Below, piece after piece: positions 17,635 through 25,162 of a DNA stretch of 52,687 nt; positions within the stretch are counted from its first letter, which is position 1, and each line of letters begins with the position of its first letter. The translations under genes were made by a program, and so were the position numbers. Below the pieces are notes generated by a model that ran no database searches, was not told the DNA's origin, and saw nothing but the letters and a program-made list of their open reading frames with translations. Where the stretch lies: assembly GCA_947626955.1 (NCBI GenBank), contig CANQUB010000004.1:1-52687 (forward strand), given 5' to 3'. This stretch comes from an uncultured Clostridia bacterium. Lineage in GTDB: Bacteria; Bacillota; Clostridia; Christensenellales; UBA1242.

Positions 17635-18927
17635 TTACCTCCCAGTTCTATATACATCTACTGCACATAATTTATTATTCACAGACCCAATTTTAAAATA
17701 AATATTGTCATTTTCTTTAAGATGAATTTTTATTTTTTTTAGTGAGAAGTACATAGATTTTACTCCATTGTATTGAATAAAGCCAAACTTTTTATCATAA
17801 TTAATTTTTGAAATGGTCCCAAATTTCAATTCATCTGTCTTTTTGATTACTTCTAAAGCACGATTCAATAATTGTTTTATATTAGGTGGTCTATCTCTAT
17901 TTAAACAAAATTCTTTTTCTGCAAACCTTAATTCTTCTTGTATAAACCAACCAAATGAAGACCTATAATATAATGTGGCCTCATAAAACTCTTTTGCCTT
18001 ATCGAGTTCGTTTGAATTTTCAAATAGTATCCCTAAATCGAATATCAAATTTATCATTTTTTCTTTGTCAAAGTTGTCACATAGGATAGCTTTACAAGAA
18101 TAATAAAGTGCTTTACTAACATCTCCACTTGAAAAATATAAGTTTGCTAATTTATGATACATATACCAAAAATTATGTTTTTCAGCTATCTCTTTATAGC
18201 TTTCTATATCCTCTTTTCTACCACTTAATAAACATCCACAATATAATTTTCTCGCAGCAAACCACAATCCATTTCCATAGTGTAGTTTTTCAAATGTGTT
18301 CAGTGCAACATCACACAATTCCATACATTCTTCAAATTTTTCTATTCTTTCTAAGCATTTCGTTTTAACTTGATAATAAAATTCTTTATAGGATGCCATC
18401 TCATAGGTTTGACCATTCTGGGCCTGAATTTCTTTGGGCTCAATTGGTAATAATTCTGAATTCAGTTTATTTATCCATTTCAATTCTTGATAATAACTTG
18501 TTGCAGCTCTATGTCTTAAAACTTGCACAACCTTATATATAGTCAACACATAAGGATTAAACATAAAATGTTCAACATCAAGTTGTTCGCAATTTTCTGT
18601 AATTAATTCAGCTATTGATATAAAATGTTCAAATGTTTCCTCAGAATAAATGTATGAACTTATTTCTGCAGAATACAAACAATATAAGTAAGCATCATTA
18701 ACATATTTTCTTTTCTTAACCTCTTCATAATCAAAAGTGCGTATTTTATCAATAAATAACTGTGCTTGTTCATGCTTTCTTAGTTTCTGACCTAACTTGC
18801 TTAGAATAAAGGAATCGGACAAATTAGCTTCTTCTAAAATCTTTAAATATTCAGAAAAAGCATCTTCCATAGAAGAAGATTCTAATAATTCCGCCTTTTC
18901 AAATTTTAACTTTAACTGTTCATTCAT
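17635..18927 (-). CDS. Helical-repeat (TPR-like) protein with C-terminal cold-shock/OB-fold domain
   Basis: TPR-like segments (WYMYHKLANLYFSSGDVSKALYYSCKAI; LGILFENSNELDKAKEFYEA); last ~60 aa GTISKINYDKKFGFI...YF...L...D.I.F.I......AVDV match the CSD pattern. Confidence 0.75.
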   Translation of the reverse strand: MNEQLKLKFEKAELLESSSMEDAFSEYLKILEEANLSDSFILSKLGQKLRKHEQAQLFIDKIRTFDYEEVKKRKYVNDAYLYCLYSAEISSYIYSEETFEHFISIAELITENCEQLDVEHFMFNPYVLTIYKVVQVLRHRAATSYYQELKWINKLNSELLPIEPKEIQAQNGQTYEMASYKEFYYQVKTKCLERIEKFEECMELCDVALNTFEKLHYGNGLWFAARKLYCGCLLSGRKEDIESYKEIAEKHNFWYMYHKLANLYFSSGDVSKALYYSCKAILCDNFDKEKMINLIFDLGILFENSNELDKAKEFYEATLYYRSSFGWFIQEELRFAEKEFCLNRDRPPNIKQLLNRALEVIKKTDELKFGTISKINYDKKFGFIQYNGVKSMYFSLKKIKIHLKENDNIYFKIGSVNNKLCAVDVYRTGR

Positions 18928-18933
18928 AATTTC

Positions 18934-18942
18934 ATTATAACA
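18934..18942 (-). promoter_or_regulatory. Extended -10 promoter 6 bp upstream of the TPR-CSD start (probable leaderless mRNA)
   Basis: TGTTATAAT-gaaatt-ATG; no Shine-Dalgarno. Confidence 0.55.
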
Positions 18943-19029
18943 TTAAAAAAATAATTTTTACTATACTTTATAAAATATTTATTTAATTTATTTTAGCATC
19001 AAAATTTTATATTGTTTAAAAACTAATAA

Positions 19030-19911
19030 TCAAATCTTAAAATACTCTAACCATTGTTTATATTTATCTTGGGCGGCGAGGCAGGTGTCAGTTAGATAGC
19101 CTCGCTCTGTTTTCCATTCTTTTAAACCACGATAATAATAAAATTTAAACTCATCCTCTATTATAAATGGAATAATATTATTTGCAAGGCATTCTTTAAA
19201 CATAATCAAACGCCCTACTCTGCCATTGCCATCTTGAAAAGGATGTATTCTCTCAAACTGCTCGTGAAATTCAATTATATCATTGATGGTTTTGGACTGT
19301 TTTGCATTATACTTTGTCAAAAGTTTTTTAATTTCTTCTGCGACTTTTTCCGGTGGACAGGTTTCGTTGCCACCAACTTCATTTGGTCTGGATTTATATT
19401 CACCAACATTAAACCAATCTTTTCGGCTATCGCTCGTACCTGATTTTAATGTGTAATGTAACTCTTTAATAAATTTTTCTGTTAAAGGCTTTTTCGCATT
19501 ATCAATAACCATATCAACGCACTTAAAGTGATTATTCGTTTCCACAATATCATCAACCTTCACGCCATTGGTTTCGCCGAGTGTGTTGGTTTCAAAAATC
19601 ATTCGAGTTTGGTCTTCAGTAAGCGTGCTGCCCTCAATGTGATTTGAATTATAAGTGAGTGCAATTTGCGTTTTATGATAAATTCCACCCTTGAGTTTCA
19701 TATCCTTTTCTTCTTTTAATCTATTAAGAAGTGGATTATCACTAAATTCTTTATGCTCTACCCTTTCTGGTTTTTCTGCATCCTCCGGAATAATCCAAGT
19801 TTTGCCTTTAAGTTCAGCTCCTTTTACTCTGCCTTGCTGACAATAATTTCGCACAGACCTTTCACTTATATTCCATTTTTTTGCAATTTCACTTGCCGTT
19901 AAAAATCCCAT
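19030..19911 (-). CDS. Fic-family protein with N-terminal excisionase-like HTH
   Basis: LTASEIAKKWNISERSVRNYCQQGRV HTH; Fic motif HPFQDGNGRVGR; inhibitory helix SNHIEG. Confidence 0.9.
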   Translation of the reverse strand: MGFLTASEIAKKWNISERSVRNYCQQGRVKGAELKGKTWIIPEDAEKPERVEHKEFSDNPLLNRLKEEKDMKLKGGIYHKTQIALTYNSNHIEGSTLTEDQTRMIFETNTLGETNGVKVDDIVETNNHFKCVDMVIDNAKKPLTEKFIKELHYTLKSGTSDSRKDWFNVGEYKSRPNEVGGNETCPPEKVAEEIKKLLTKYNAKQSKTINDIIEFHEQFERIHPFQDGNGRVGRLIMFKECLANNIIPFIIEDEFKFYYYRGLKEWKTERGYLTDTCLAAQDKYKQWLEYFKI

Positions 19912-19937
19912 AAATTACCTCATTTTCATACAAATAA

Positions 19938-19966
19938 ATTATATCCTATATCGGCAATTAAGTCAA
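19938..19966 (-). promoter_or_regulatory. sigmaA promoter of HTH-Fic
   Basis: TTGACT-17 bp-TATAAT; spacer contains ATTGCCGATAT. Confidence 0.75.
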
Positions 19967-19984
19967 TAAAATTACATATATATT

Positions 19985-20002
19985 ATTGCCGATATCGGCA
20001 AT
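19985..20002. promoter_or_regulatory. Perfect 18-bp palindromic operator candidate
   Basis: ATTGCCGATATCGGCAAT; partial copy ATATCGGCAAT at 19948..19958. Confidence 0.65.
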
Positions 20003-20051
20003 TTTATAAAAAATAATCTGGTGATTATATCCTAAACTTTTGAAATAATTA

Positions 20052-20069
20052 TACACCTATTTACACCTA
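20052..20069. repeat. TACACCTA direct repeat pair (10-bp period)
   Basis: tacaccta-tt-tacaccta; the same octamer recurs as an inverted repeat at 20317..20337. Confidence 0.6.
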
Positions 20070-20210
20070 ATGGGATAGTTTTGGGCAGAACACAAGAGGT
20101 TTAGAGCGGTTTTTCGGGTTGTGGCAGTGGATTTTTGGTCGGGTGCTTATATGTTATATTATTATAACTTTTTAAAAATAAAATTTGTTATTATTATAAA
20201 ACTTTTAACA

Positions 20211-20234
20211 AAAGAAAAAGCCGATAAAATCGGC
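20211..20234 (-). terminator. Intrinsic terminator after tRNA-Thr
   Basis: GCCGAT-ttt-ATCGGC followed by tttttcttt on the minus strand. Confidence 0.7.
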
Positions 20235-20237
20235 ATT

Positions 20238-20313
20238 TGGAGCTGGTGAAGGGATTCGAACCCTTGGTCCCGTGATTACGAATCACGTGCTTTACCAACT
20301 AAGCTACACCAGC
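20238..20313 (-). tRNA. tRNA-Thr(CGT)
   Basis: GCTGGTGTAGCTTAGTTGGTAAAGCACGTGATTCGTAATCACGGGACCAAGGGTTCGAATCCCTTCACCAGCTCCA; cloverleaf with encoded CCA. Confidence 0.95.
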
Positions 20314-20316
20314 ATT

Positions 20317-20337
20317 TTAGGTGTAAAATACACCTAA
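20317..20337. repeat. Inverted repeat TTAGGTGTA-aaa-TACACCTAA
   Basis: Lies between the tRNA fragment and the complete tRNA-Thr. Confidence 0.7.
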
Positions 20338-20368
20338 TTTTTTATTAAGTTTTTTGATGCGATTCAGT

Positions 20369-20405
20369 TTACGAATCAATTGCTCTACCCCTGAGCCACA
20401 CCAGC
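20369..20405 (-). pseudogene. 5' half of a second, different tRNA-Thr(CGT), truncated at the end of the anticodon loop
   Basis: GCTGGTGTGGCTCAGGGGTAGAGCAATTGATTCGTAA (acceptor 5' strand, D arm, anticodon loop) followed by non-tRNA sequence. Confidence 0.85.
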
Positions 20406-20427
20406 ATAGGTTATTTTAACAATAAGT

Positions 20428-20456
20428 ATTATAACAAAAGATCTTGAATTTTTAAA
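20428..20456 (-). promoter_or_regulatory. sigmaA promoter upstream of the tRNA-Thr fragment and gene
   Basis: TTTAAA-17 bp-TATAAT with extended TG. Confidence 0.6.
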
Positions 20457-20474
20457 CCTCTTTAATAAAATTTT

Positions 20475-21086
20475 CTAAAGTTTTAATTCACACTTGATTG
20501 CGTCATCTAGGTGCGAAATAAAGTCGCGCGCCATATCCTTTGTTCCAACAATACTGCCGTAGTGAGTTGGAATTACAAGACGCGGATGAATTTTATTCGC
20601 TGCATTGGCGGCCTCGATCGCTGTCATTGTAAAAGTTCCGCCTATTGGCAGTAGCAACACATCGGGATACTTGATCTCTAGCAGTTCACTCGTTGCATCG
20701 GTGTCGCCGGTAACAACAACACTTTTGCCCTCAATTTTCAAAATGTATCCAACCCAGTTATTTTCCCGTGGGTGGAATTTTTTGTTTGTGTTATAGGCTG
20801 GAAAAGTTTTGAACTTTATACCCTCTATTTCATAGCACTTGTTTGGCTCGACATAAAGAGCTTCGCCAAGCCCAGCGATCACAAATTCTTCTTTCATAAA
20901 TAGCGGGCAAACGAACTTGGTCGAAGGGGTCGCAATCATGTCTATATCCTTTTTTGAGAAGTGGTCATAATGAGGATGAGTGATGAAAATTAATTTGGCC
21001 GCACCTCTATCTTTTATATTGAGCGGGTCAAAATATATTTCATCATTTATGCAAATTGAGCTGTGATAATTTACTTTAATTTCCAA
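20475..21086 (-). CDS. Metallo-beta-lactamase fold hydrolase
   Basis: THPHYDH, FHP...WVGY, GDTD, LPIGGTFTM, IPTHYG. Confidence 0.88.
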   Translation of the reverse strand: MEIKVNYHSSICINDEIYFDPLNIKDRGAAKLIFITHPHYDHFSKKDIDMIATPSTKFVCPLFMKEEFVIAGLGEALYVEPNKCYEIEGIKFKTFPAYNTNKKFHPRENNWVGYILKIEGKSVVVTGDTDATSELLEIKYPDVLLLPIGGTFTMTAIEAANAANKIHPRLVIPTHYGSIVGTKDMARDFISHLDDAIKCELKL

Positions 21087-21172
21087 TTTTTTATGCCTCT
21101 ATTCAAAAATTTTCGTGTAAATAGCAGTTTTGACTGCGTTTTTTATGTTTAAAATGGCCGTTTTTGCGTTTT

Positions 21173-21601
21173 TTAGAATTCTAATATCCAAATGTTTTCT
21201 TGCTTGTGACCCTGCTCATAAAGCTCATGACCGACGGGGACATCTACGACTTCTTTTAGTGTGCAGCCAAGTTTTTCGCACACACGCATGCTTGCATGAT
21301 TGTTAGGGTCATTGGTGATAATTATGCTATGCATATGGTTTTTTAGAAAGACCTTTTTTAAAAGCTGAACAGCCTCGACAGCGTAGCCATTCCCCCGCCA
21401 CGGCTCCTCTATTGAAAAACCGCTGTTGCCAATATAGTAGAAATAGTCGTTCATGCCAAGTTTGGCCGAGCACTCACCAATCTTTACTGGGAATTTGCCG
21501 TTTAGCAAAATGTTATAATACAAGATTGGCATGGGCTTATCCAGTATCTCGTAAAGCCTGAGGGTGATTCTCTTTCCCTTTATCTTTTGCACAATTTTCA
21601 C
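21173..21601 (-). CDS. GNAT family N-acetyltransferase
   Basis: IEEPWRGNGYA acetyl-CoA motif; N.ASMRVCEKLG. Confidence 0.85.
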   Translation of the reverse strand: MKIVQKIKGKRITLRLYEILDKPMPILYYNILLNGKFPVKIGECSAKLGMNDYFYYIGNSGFSIEEPWRGNGYAVEAVQLLKKVFLKNHMHSIIITNDPNNHASMRVCEKLGCTLKEVVDVPVGHELYEQGHKQENIWILEF

Positions 21602-21684
21602 GCAAATTACCTCGTTTCTATTCTATAATAAATTGCTGTGTTTGGCAATCAAATAATCAATTTTTACCAACTTTGGTTTATCAC

Positions 21685-21713
21685 TTGCCTACATAATAAA
21701 AAATTGATATAAT
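21685..21713 (+). promoter_or_regulatory. sigmaA promoter of tRNA-Gly
   Basis: TTGCCT-17 bp-TATAAT with extended TG. Confidence 0.7.
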
Positions 21714-21723
21714 AATCACAGTT

Positions 21724-21797
21724 GCGGGTGTAGTACATCGGTAGTACGTGAGCTTCCCAAGCTTATGAGGTGGGTTCGACTCCCATCACCCGCTCCA
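21724..21797 (+). tRNA. tRNA-Gly(CCC)
   Basis: GCGGGTGTAGTACATCGGTAGTACGTGAGCTTCCCAAGCTTATGAGGTGGGTTCGACTCCCATCACCCGCTCCA. Confidence 0.95.
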
Positions 21798-21991
21798 TAA
21801 TAAAATAAACCACCAATGGTGGATTATTTTATTATAAAGCTAGTAATGCGAGAGGGCTCACTAATCACCATTTCGCATGAGCGTAGCGAAGGTGAAATGG
21901 AGAGGAGAAATTTGGTTTAGTCATGGGCAGGTTTGCCTTGGCAAAGCTGCTAAAAAACCAAGCCAAATTTCGACGAGGTTCGACTCCCATC
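21798..21991. other. Structured non-coding element ending in a 15-bp duplication of the tRNA-Gly T-arm
   Basis: GGTTCGACTCCCATC at 21773..21787 and 21977..21991; internal stems 21868..21900 and 21907..21971. Confidence 0.6.
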
Positions 21992-22050
21992 GACCGTACG
22001 GCTAGACCACTTCCCATTTTAAAAACCACAATAAAAAAGGAGTAATATTT

Positions 22051-22617
22051 ATGAGAAAAAGTATAAAAACAACTGAGGCGATCTTCCCTATGCCCGTGCT
22101 GATGATTGCCACTTATAATAGTGACGGCACAATCAATGTCATGAACGCAGCTTGGGGCATGATGCTTGAAAGAGACCATGTTGTGCTGAATTTGTCCGAG
22201 TATCACAAGACGGTGGAAAACATCAAACGAAATAAAGCTTTCACGGTAAGTATTGCCGACTCTAAGCACACCATGCAGGCCGATTATTTTGGCGTTGTTT
22301 CGGGTAACGACACCCCAGACAAGTTTAGTCGTAGCGGCTTGACAGCCACAAAGTCCAGCCTTGTAAACGCTCCAATTATAGACGAGTTCCCTATTTGCAT
22401 GGAATGTGAATTTGTAGAGTTCCAGGGCGACCAATATGGTTGCGGCGTGGTTGGAAAAGTGATCAATGTCACTGCCGACCAAAAGGTTTTAAATGGCGAC
22501 AAGGTAGACATTGCAAAGCTTGACGCCATCGCCTTTGACCCATACACCCACGGCTACTACAAGATTGGCGAGCGTGTTGGCAACGCTTTTAGCGATGGGC
22601 TAAAATTGAAAAAATAA
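22051..22617 (+). CDS. Flavin reductase-like (flavoredoxin) protein
   Basis: FPMPVLMIATY...NVMNAAWG, HKTVENI...AFTV, ADYFGVVSG, VNAPIIDEFPICMEC; AAGGAG RBS. Confidence 0.88.
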   Translation: MRKSIKTTEAIFPMPVLMIATYNSDGTINVMNAAWGMMLERDHVVLNLSEYHKTVENIKRNKAFTVSIADSKHTMQADYFGVVSGNDTPDKFSRSGLTATKSSLVNAPIIDEFPICMECEFVEFQGDQYGCGVVGKVINVTADQKVLNGDKVDIAKLDAIAFDPYTHGYYKIGERVGNAFSDGLKLKK

Positions 22618-22630
22618 AAAATAAACATAG

Positions 22631-22664
22631 AAAAAGACGGCTGCTAAGCCGTCTTTATTTTTTT
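22631..22664. terminator. Bidirectional intrinsic terminator
   Basis: aaaaagacggct-gcta-agccgtctttattttttt between convergent genes. Confidence 0.8.
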
Positions 22665-22666
22665 GC

Positions 22667-23296
22667 TTATTTTTCGGTCTTGTCACCCGAGCTGATGTAA
22701 CTTTTAATTTCCTTGTAAAGTTCGTATGGGTTTTGCACGTGAGCAATGACGTAGGTGTTGTTTGCTGTCATTGGGCTTGATGCGCTACCAAAGCGGAGCG
22801 TGCCGGTGTTCTTTTGCAGCATTTTGTCGAGCAGGCTGACATAAACGTCGCTAGCACCGATGTTTTTAAGGTCCAGGCTCTTAAAGTCCACGCCGATTAT
22901 TCCTGTGCGGATGACAACACGTTTGTTGGTTACGACATAGATGGTGTGCTTTACGTAGAGCCATGTGAACACTAGGCAAAGCACAAGGCCTAGCACAAAC
23001 ACTGCCGATACCACAACTGCGGCAACCACAAGTTCGCTGCCCACCAAGGCCTCTCCGTTCTCGTCAGGCAGACAAATTGCTAGTAGCATTAGTCCCAAAA
23101 ATAACAGCAGTGGCAAGCCAAATGTCATGAGTCTTGAAAAATAGACTTTGCCTTTGTGCGGCTTTATGGCTTTTACAATTTTTTCATCCTCGTCTAGGAC
23201 AGGGTCAAAAGCGCGCACAATTTCGTCGTTTACGGCCTCGGCCTTTGATGCCCTTTTCTTGCCAACCTCCTCACTGGACAAATCTTTATTTTCCAT
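22667..23296 (-). CDS. Bacterial PH-domain membrane protein
   Basis: L.EDEKI...KP, two TM helices, YVVTNKRVVIRTGIIG, GTLRF. Confidence 0.75.
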   Translation of the reverse strand: MENKDLSSEEVGKKRASKAEAVNDEIVRAFDPVLDEDEKIVKAIKPHKGKVYFSRLMTFGLPLLLFLGLMLLAICLPDENGEALVGSELVVAAVVVSAVFVLGLVLCLVFTWLYVKHTIYVVTNKRVVIRTGIIGVDFKSLDLKNIGASDVYVSLLDKMLQKNTGTLRFGSASSPMTANNTYVIAHVQNPYELYKEIKSYISSGDKTEK

Positions 23297-23921
23297 TTTT
23301 CTTCCTCCTTTTCCTCTTTTCTTCTAATTGTTTGTCAAAGTCGGCCCGGAGCTTTTCCATGACCTCGGTCAAGCGGTTGGTGTTTTGTTCAAGTTCTTCT
23401 TTTGTAAGCCTTTTGGGGTCTGCCCCCACAATCTCGAAGGGCTCACCAACCAAGATATAGTTTTTATGAAAAACTCGCACCTTGTTATATATAATTATAG
23501 GCAAAATAAATGTTTCGCCCTTAGATGCAAAGGTTATTGCCCCGCTTTTTATGTCAAGAAGTTTTTCGTCGGTCTTGTTTCTCGTCCCCTCAGGAAAAAC
23601 CCCAAGAACGTTTTTGTCTTTAATGGCCTTTAACGATGCTTTGAAGGAAGCCACCTCGGGCTTGTCTCGGTTTACCGATATTGTCCCCATTCTTTTTAGT
23701 ATATAGCCCGAAAACTTGTTTTTAAACAACTCCTTTTTTGCAAGGAAGCGAATCTTTTTGTGCAGGTATATATCAAGAATGATTGCGTCCCAGTTTGTGG
23801 TATGGTTGCTGGTCAAAACATAGCCGCCCTTTTTTGGCAAATTCTTCTTGCCGATGATCTTGGTCGGGCACAAAATGCGGATTGGCAAATATAACAATGC
23901 AAAAGCTAATACAAATAACAT
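23286..23921 (-). CDS. plsC: 1-acyl-sn-glycerol-3-phosphate acyltransferase
   Basis: NHTTNWD (HX4D), FLAKKELF, VFPEGTR. Confidence 0.9.
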   Translation of the reverse strand: MLFVLAFALLYLPIRILCPTKIIGKKNLPKKGGYVLTSNHTTNWDAIILDIYLHKKIRFLAKKELFKNKFSGYILKRMGTISVNRDKPEVASFKASLKAIKDKNVLGVFPEGTRNKTDEKLLDIKSGAITFASKGETFILPIIIYNKVRVFHKNYILVGEPFEIVGADPKRLTKEELEQNTNRLTEVMEKLRADFDKQLEEKRKRRKKNGK

Positions 23922-23930
23922 CTTTCCCTC

Positions 23931-25154
23931 CTAAAAGTCACTGGCACAAGCGGCCGCTGTCGAAAAGGCAATTTGAAGATTGAATCCGCCCGTTAAGGCG
24001 TCGACATCCAGCACTTCGCCAATAAAATATAGCCTTTTGACCAGTTTGCTCTCCATGCTCTTTGGCTTAATCTCTTTCACGCACACGCCACCGCTTGTTA
24101 TGACCGCCCTGTCGACATCGTCTAGCCCCTTGTAGTCAAGAGTGAAATTTTTGAGCATTTTGACAAGTGCCTCACGCTCCTCGTGGCTAAGCTGGTTGAC
24201 CTTTTTGGTCTTTAAAATATTGAGCCTTTTGGCAAAAACATCAACAAGCGCCTGAGGCAAAAGCCCGGAAAGCAAACTGGAAAACTGCTTGGATTTTAGC
24301 TCGGTTATATCTCGAGTGATGCGTTGAAAAAGTGCAAATTCGTCGAGCGCAGGCTTAAAATCTATGCTCAAAACAAGGTTTTGAGGCAAAATTCTGTTGA
24401 TATAGCTTGAAAGCGACAGCACGATTGGGCCGCTTATTCCCTGCCCGGTAAACAGCATTTCGCCTATTGGTGACTGGTAGACAAGCTTGCCATTACTGGT
24501 GGCCTTTACCACCACATTTTTTAGCGACAGCCCGCTCAAATTTTTAAGGTCTTTGTCATTTAGTAGCACTGCCGACAGCCCGCCAACCGGCTCAATTATC
24601 TTGTGCCCGGCAGCCTTTGCAAATTTATATCCGTCACCCGTGCTGCCAGTAAGCTTATATGTTATGCCGCCAGTTGCCACGACTACGGCGTCGCAATCAA
24701 TCACATTGCCGCCTTCCAAAGTCACTCCGCAAGCCTGCCCATCATTAATGTTTATGCTGGTCACTTTGGTGTTTAGTCTAACATCCACTCTAAGTTCTTT
24801 CAGCCCTTTTTCCATGGCACGAGTAATGTCGCTGGCTTTGTCACTGATTGGAAAGACACGCTCTCCCCTTTCAACCTTCAGCGGCACGCCAAGGTTTTCG
24901 AAGTAGGCACGAGTGTCGGCCGAGTTGAACCTTATTTCACTAGACATTATGAACTTGGCGTTGTTCACAACATTATTTAAAAAGGCGTTGCCAGTTGCGG
25001 CGTTTGTTAAATTGCATCGGCCCTTGCCGGTTATGTAGAGCTTTTTGCCAAGTTTTTCATTTTTCTCAAGCAAAATGACCTCATGGCCTTTTTCAGCTAT
25101 GAGTAGGCTGGCAAAGCAGCCCGATGCACCACCACCGACAACAACAACTTTCAT
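23931..25154 (-). CDS. HI0933/BaiN-family NAD(P)/FAD-dependent oxidoreductase
   Basis: GGGASG, GKKLYITGKGRCNLTN, TGSTGDG, TSGGV, GEVLDVDALTGGFNLQ. Confidence 0.9.
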   Translation of the reverse strand: MKVVVVGGGASGCFASLLIAEKGHEVILLEKNEKLGKKLYITGKGRCNLTNAATGNAFLNNVVNNAKFIMSSEIRFNSADTRAYFENLGVPLKVERGERVFPISDKASDITRAMEKGLKELRVDVRLNTKVTSININDGQACGVTLEGGNVIDCDAVVVATGGITYKLTGSTGDGYKFAKAAGHKIIEPVGGLSAVLLNDKDLKNLSGLSLKNVVVKATSNGKLVYQSPIGEMLFTGQGISGPIVLSLSSYINRILPQNLVLSIDFKPALDEFALFQRITRDITELKSKQFSSLLSGLLPQALVDVFAKRLNILKTKKVNQLSHEEREALVKMLKNFTLDYKGLDDVDRAVITSGGVCVKEIKPKSMESKLVKRLYFIGEVLDVDALTGGFNLQIAFSTAAACASDF

Positions 25155-25162
25155 TTGTTCTC

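Larger units (their letters stand above)
10350..20405. mobile_element. AT-rich defence genomic island adjacent to tRNA-Thr(CGT); no integrase; boundaries approximate
   Basis: Abrupt visible shift to AT-rich sequence; R-M, TA, nuclease and Fic content; tRNA and tRNA fragment at the right border. Confidence 0.75.

Noticed and set aside
10350-20405. Prophage or intact ICE
   Set aside because: No integrase, relaxase, T4SS, replication or virion genes are recognisable in the interval.
20340-20405. Intron-containing or permuted tRNA
   Set aside because: The sequence after the anticodon loop is too short for a group I intron, and the downstream tRNA's anticodon stem does not pair with the fragment's stem.
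21865-22482. 205-aa minus-strand ORF
   Set aside because: Antisense shadow of the flavin reductase gene running into the structured element; no motifs or RBS.
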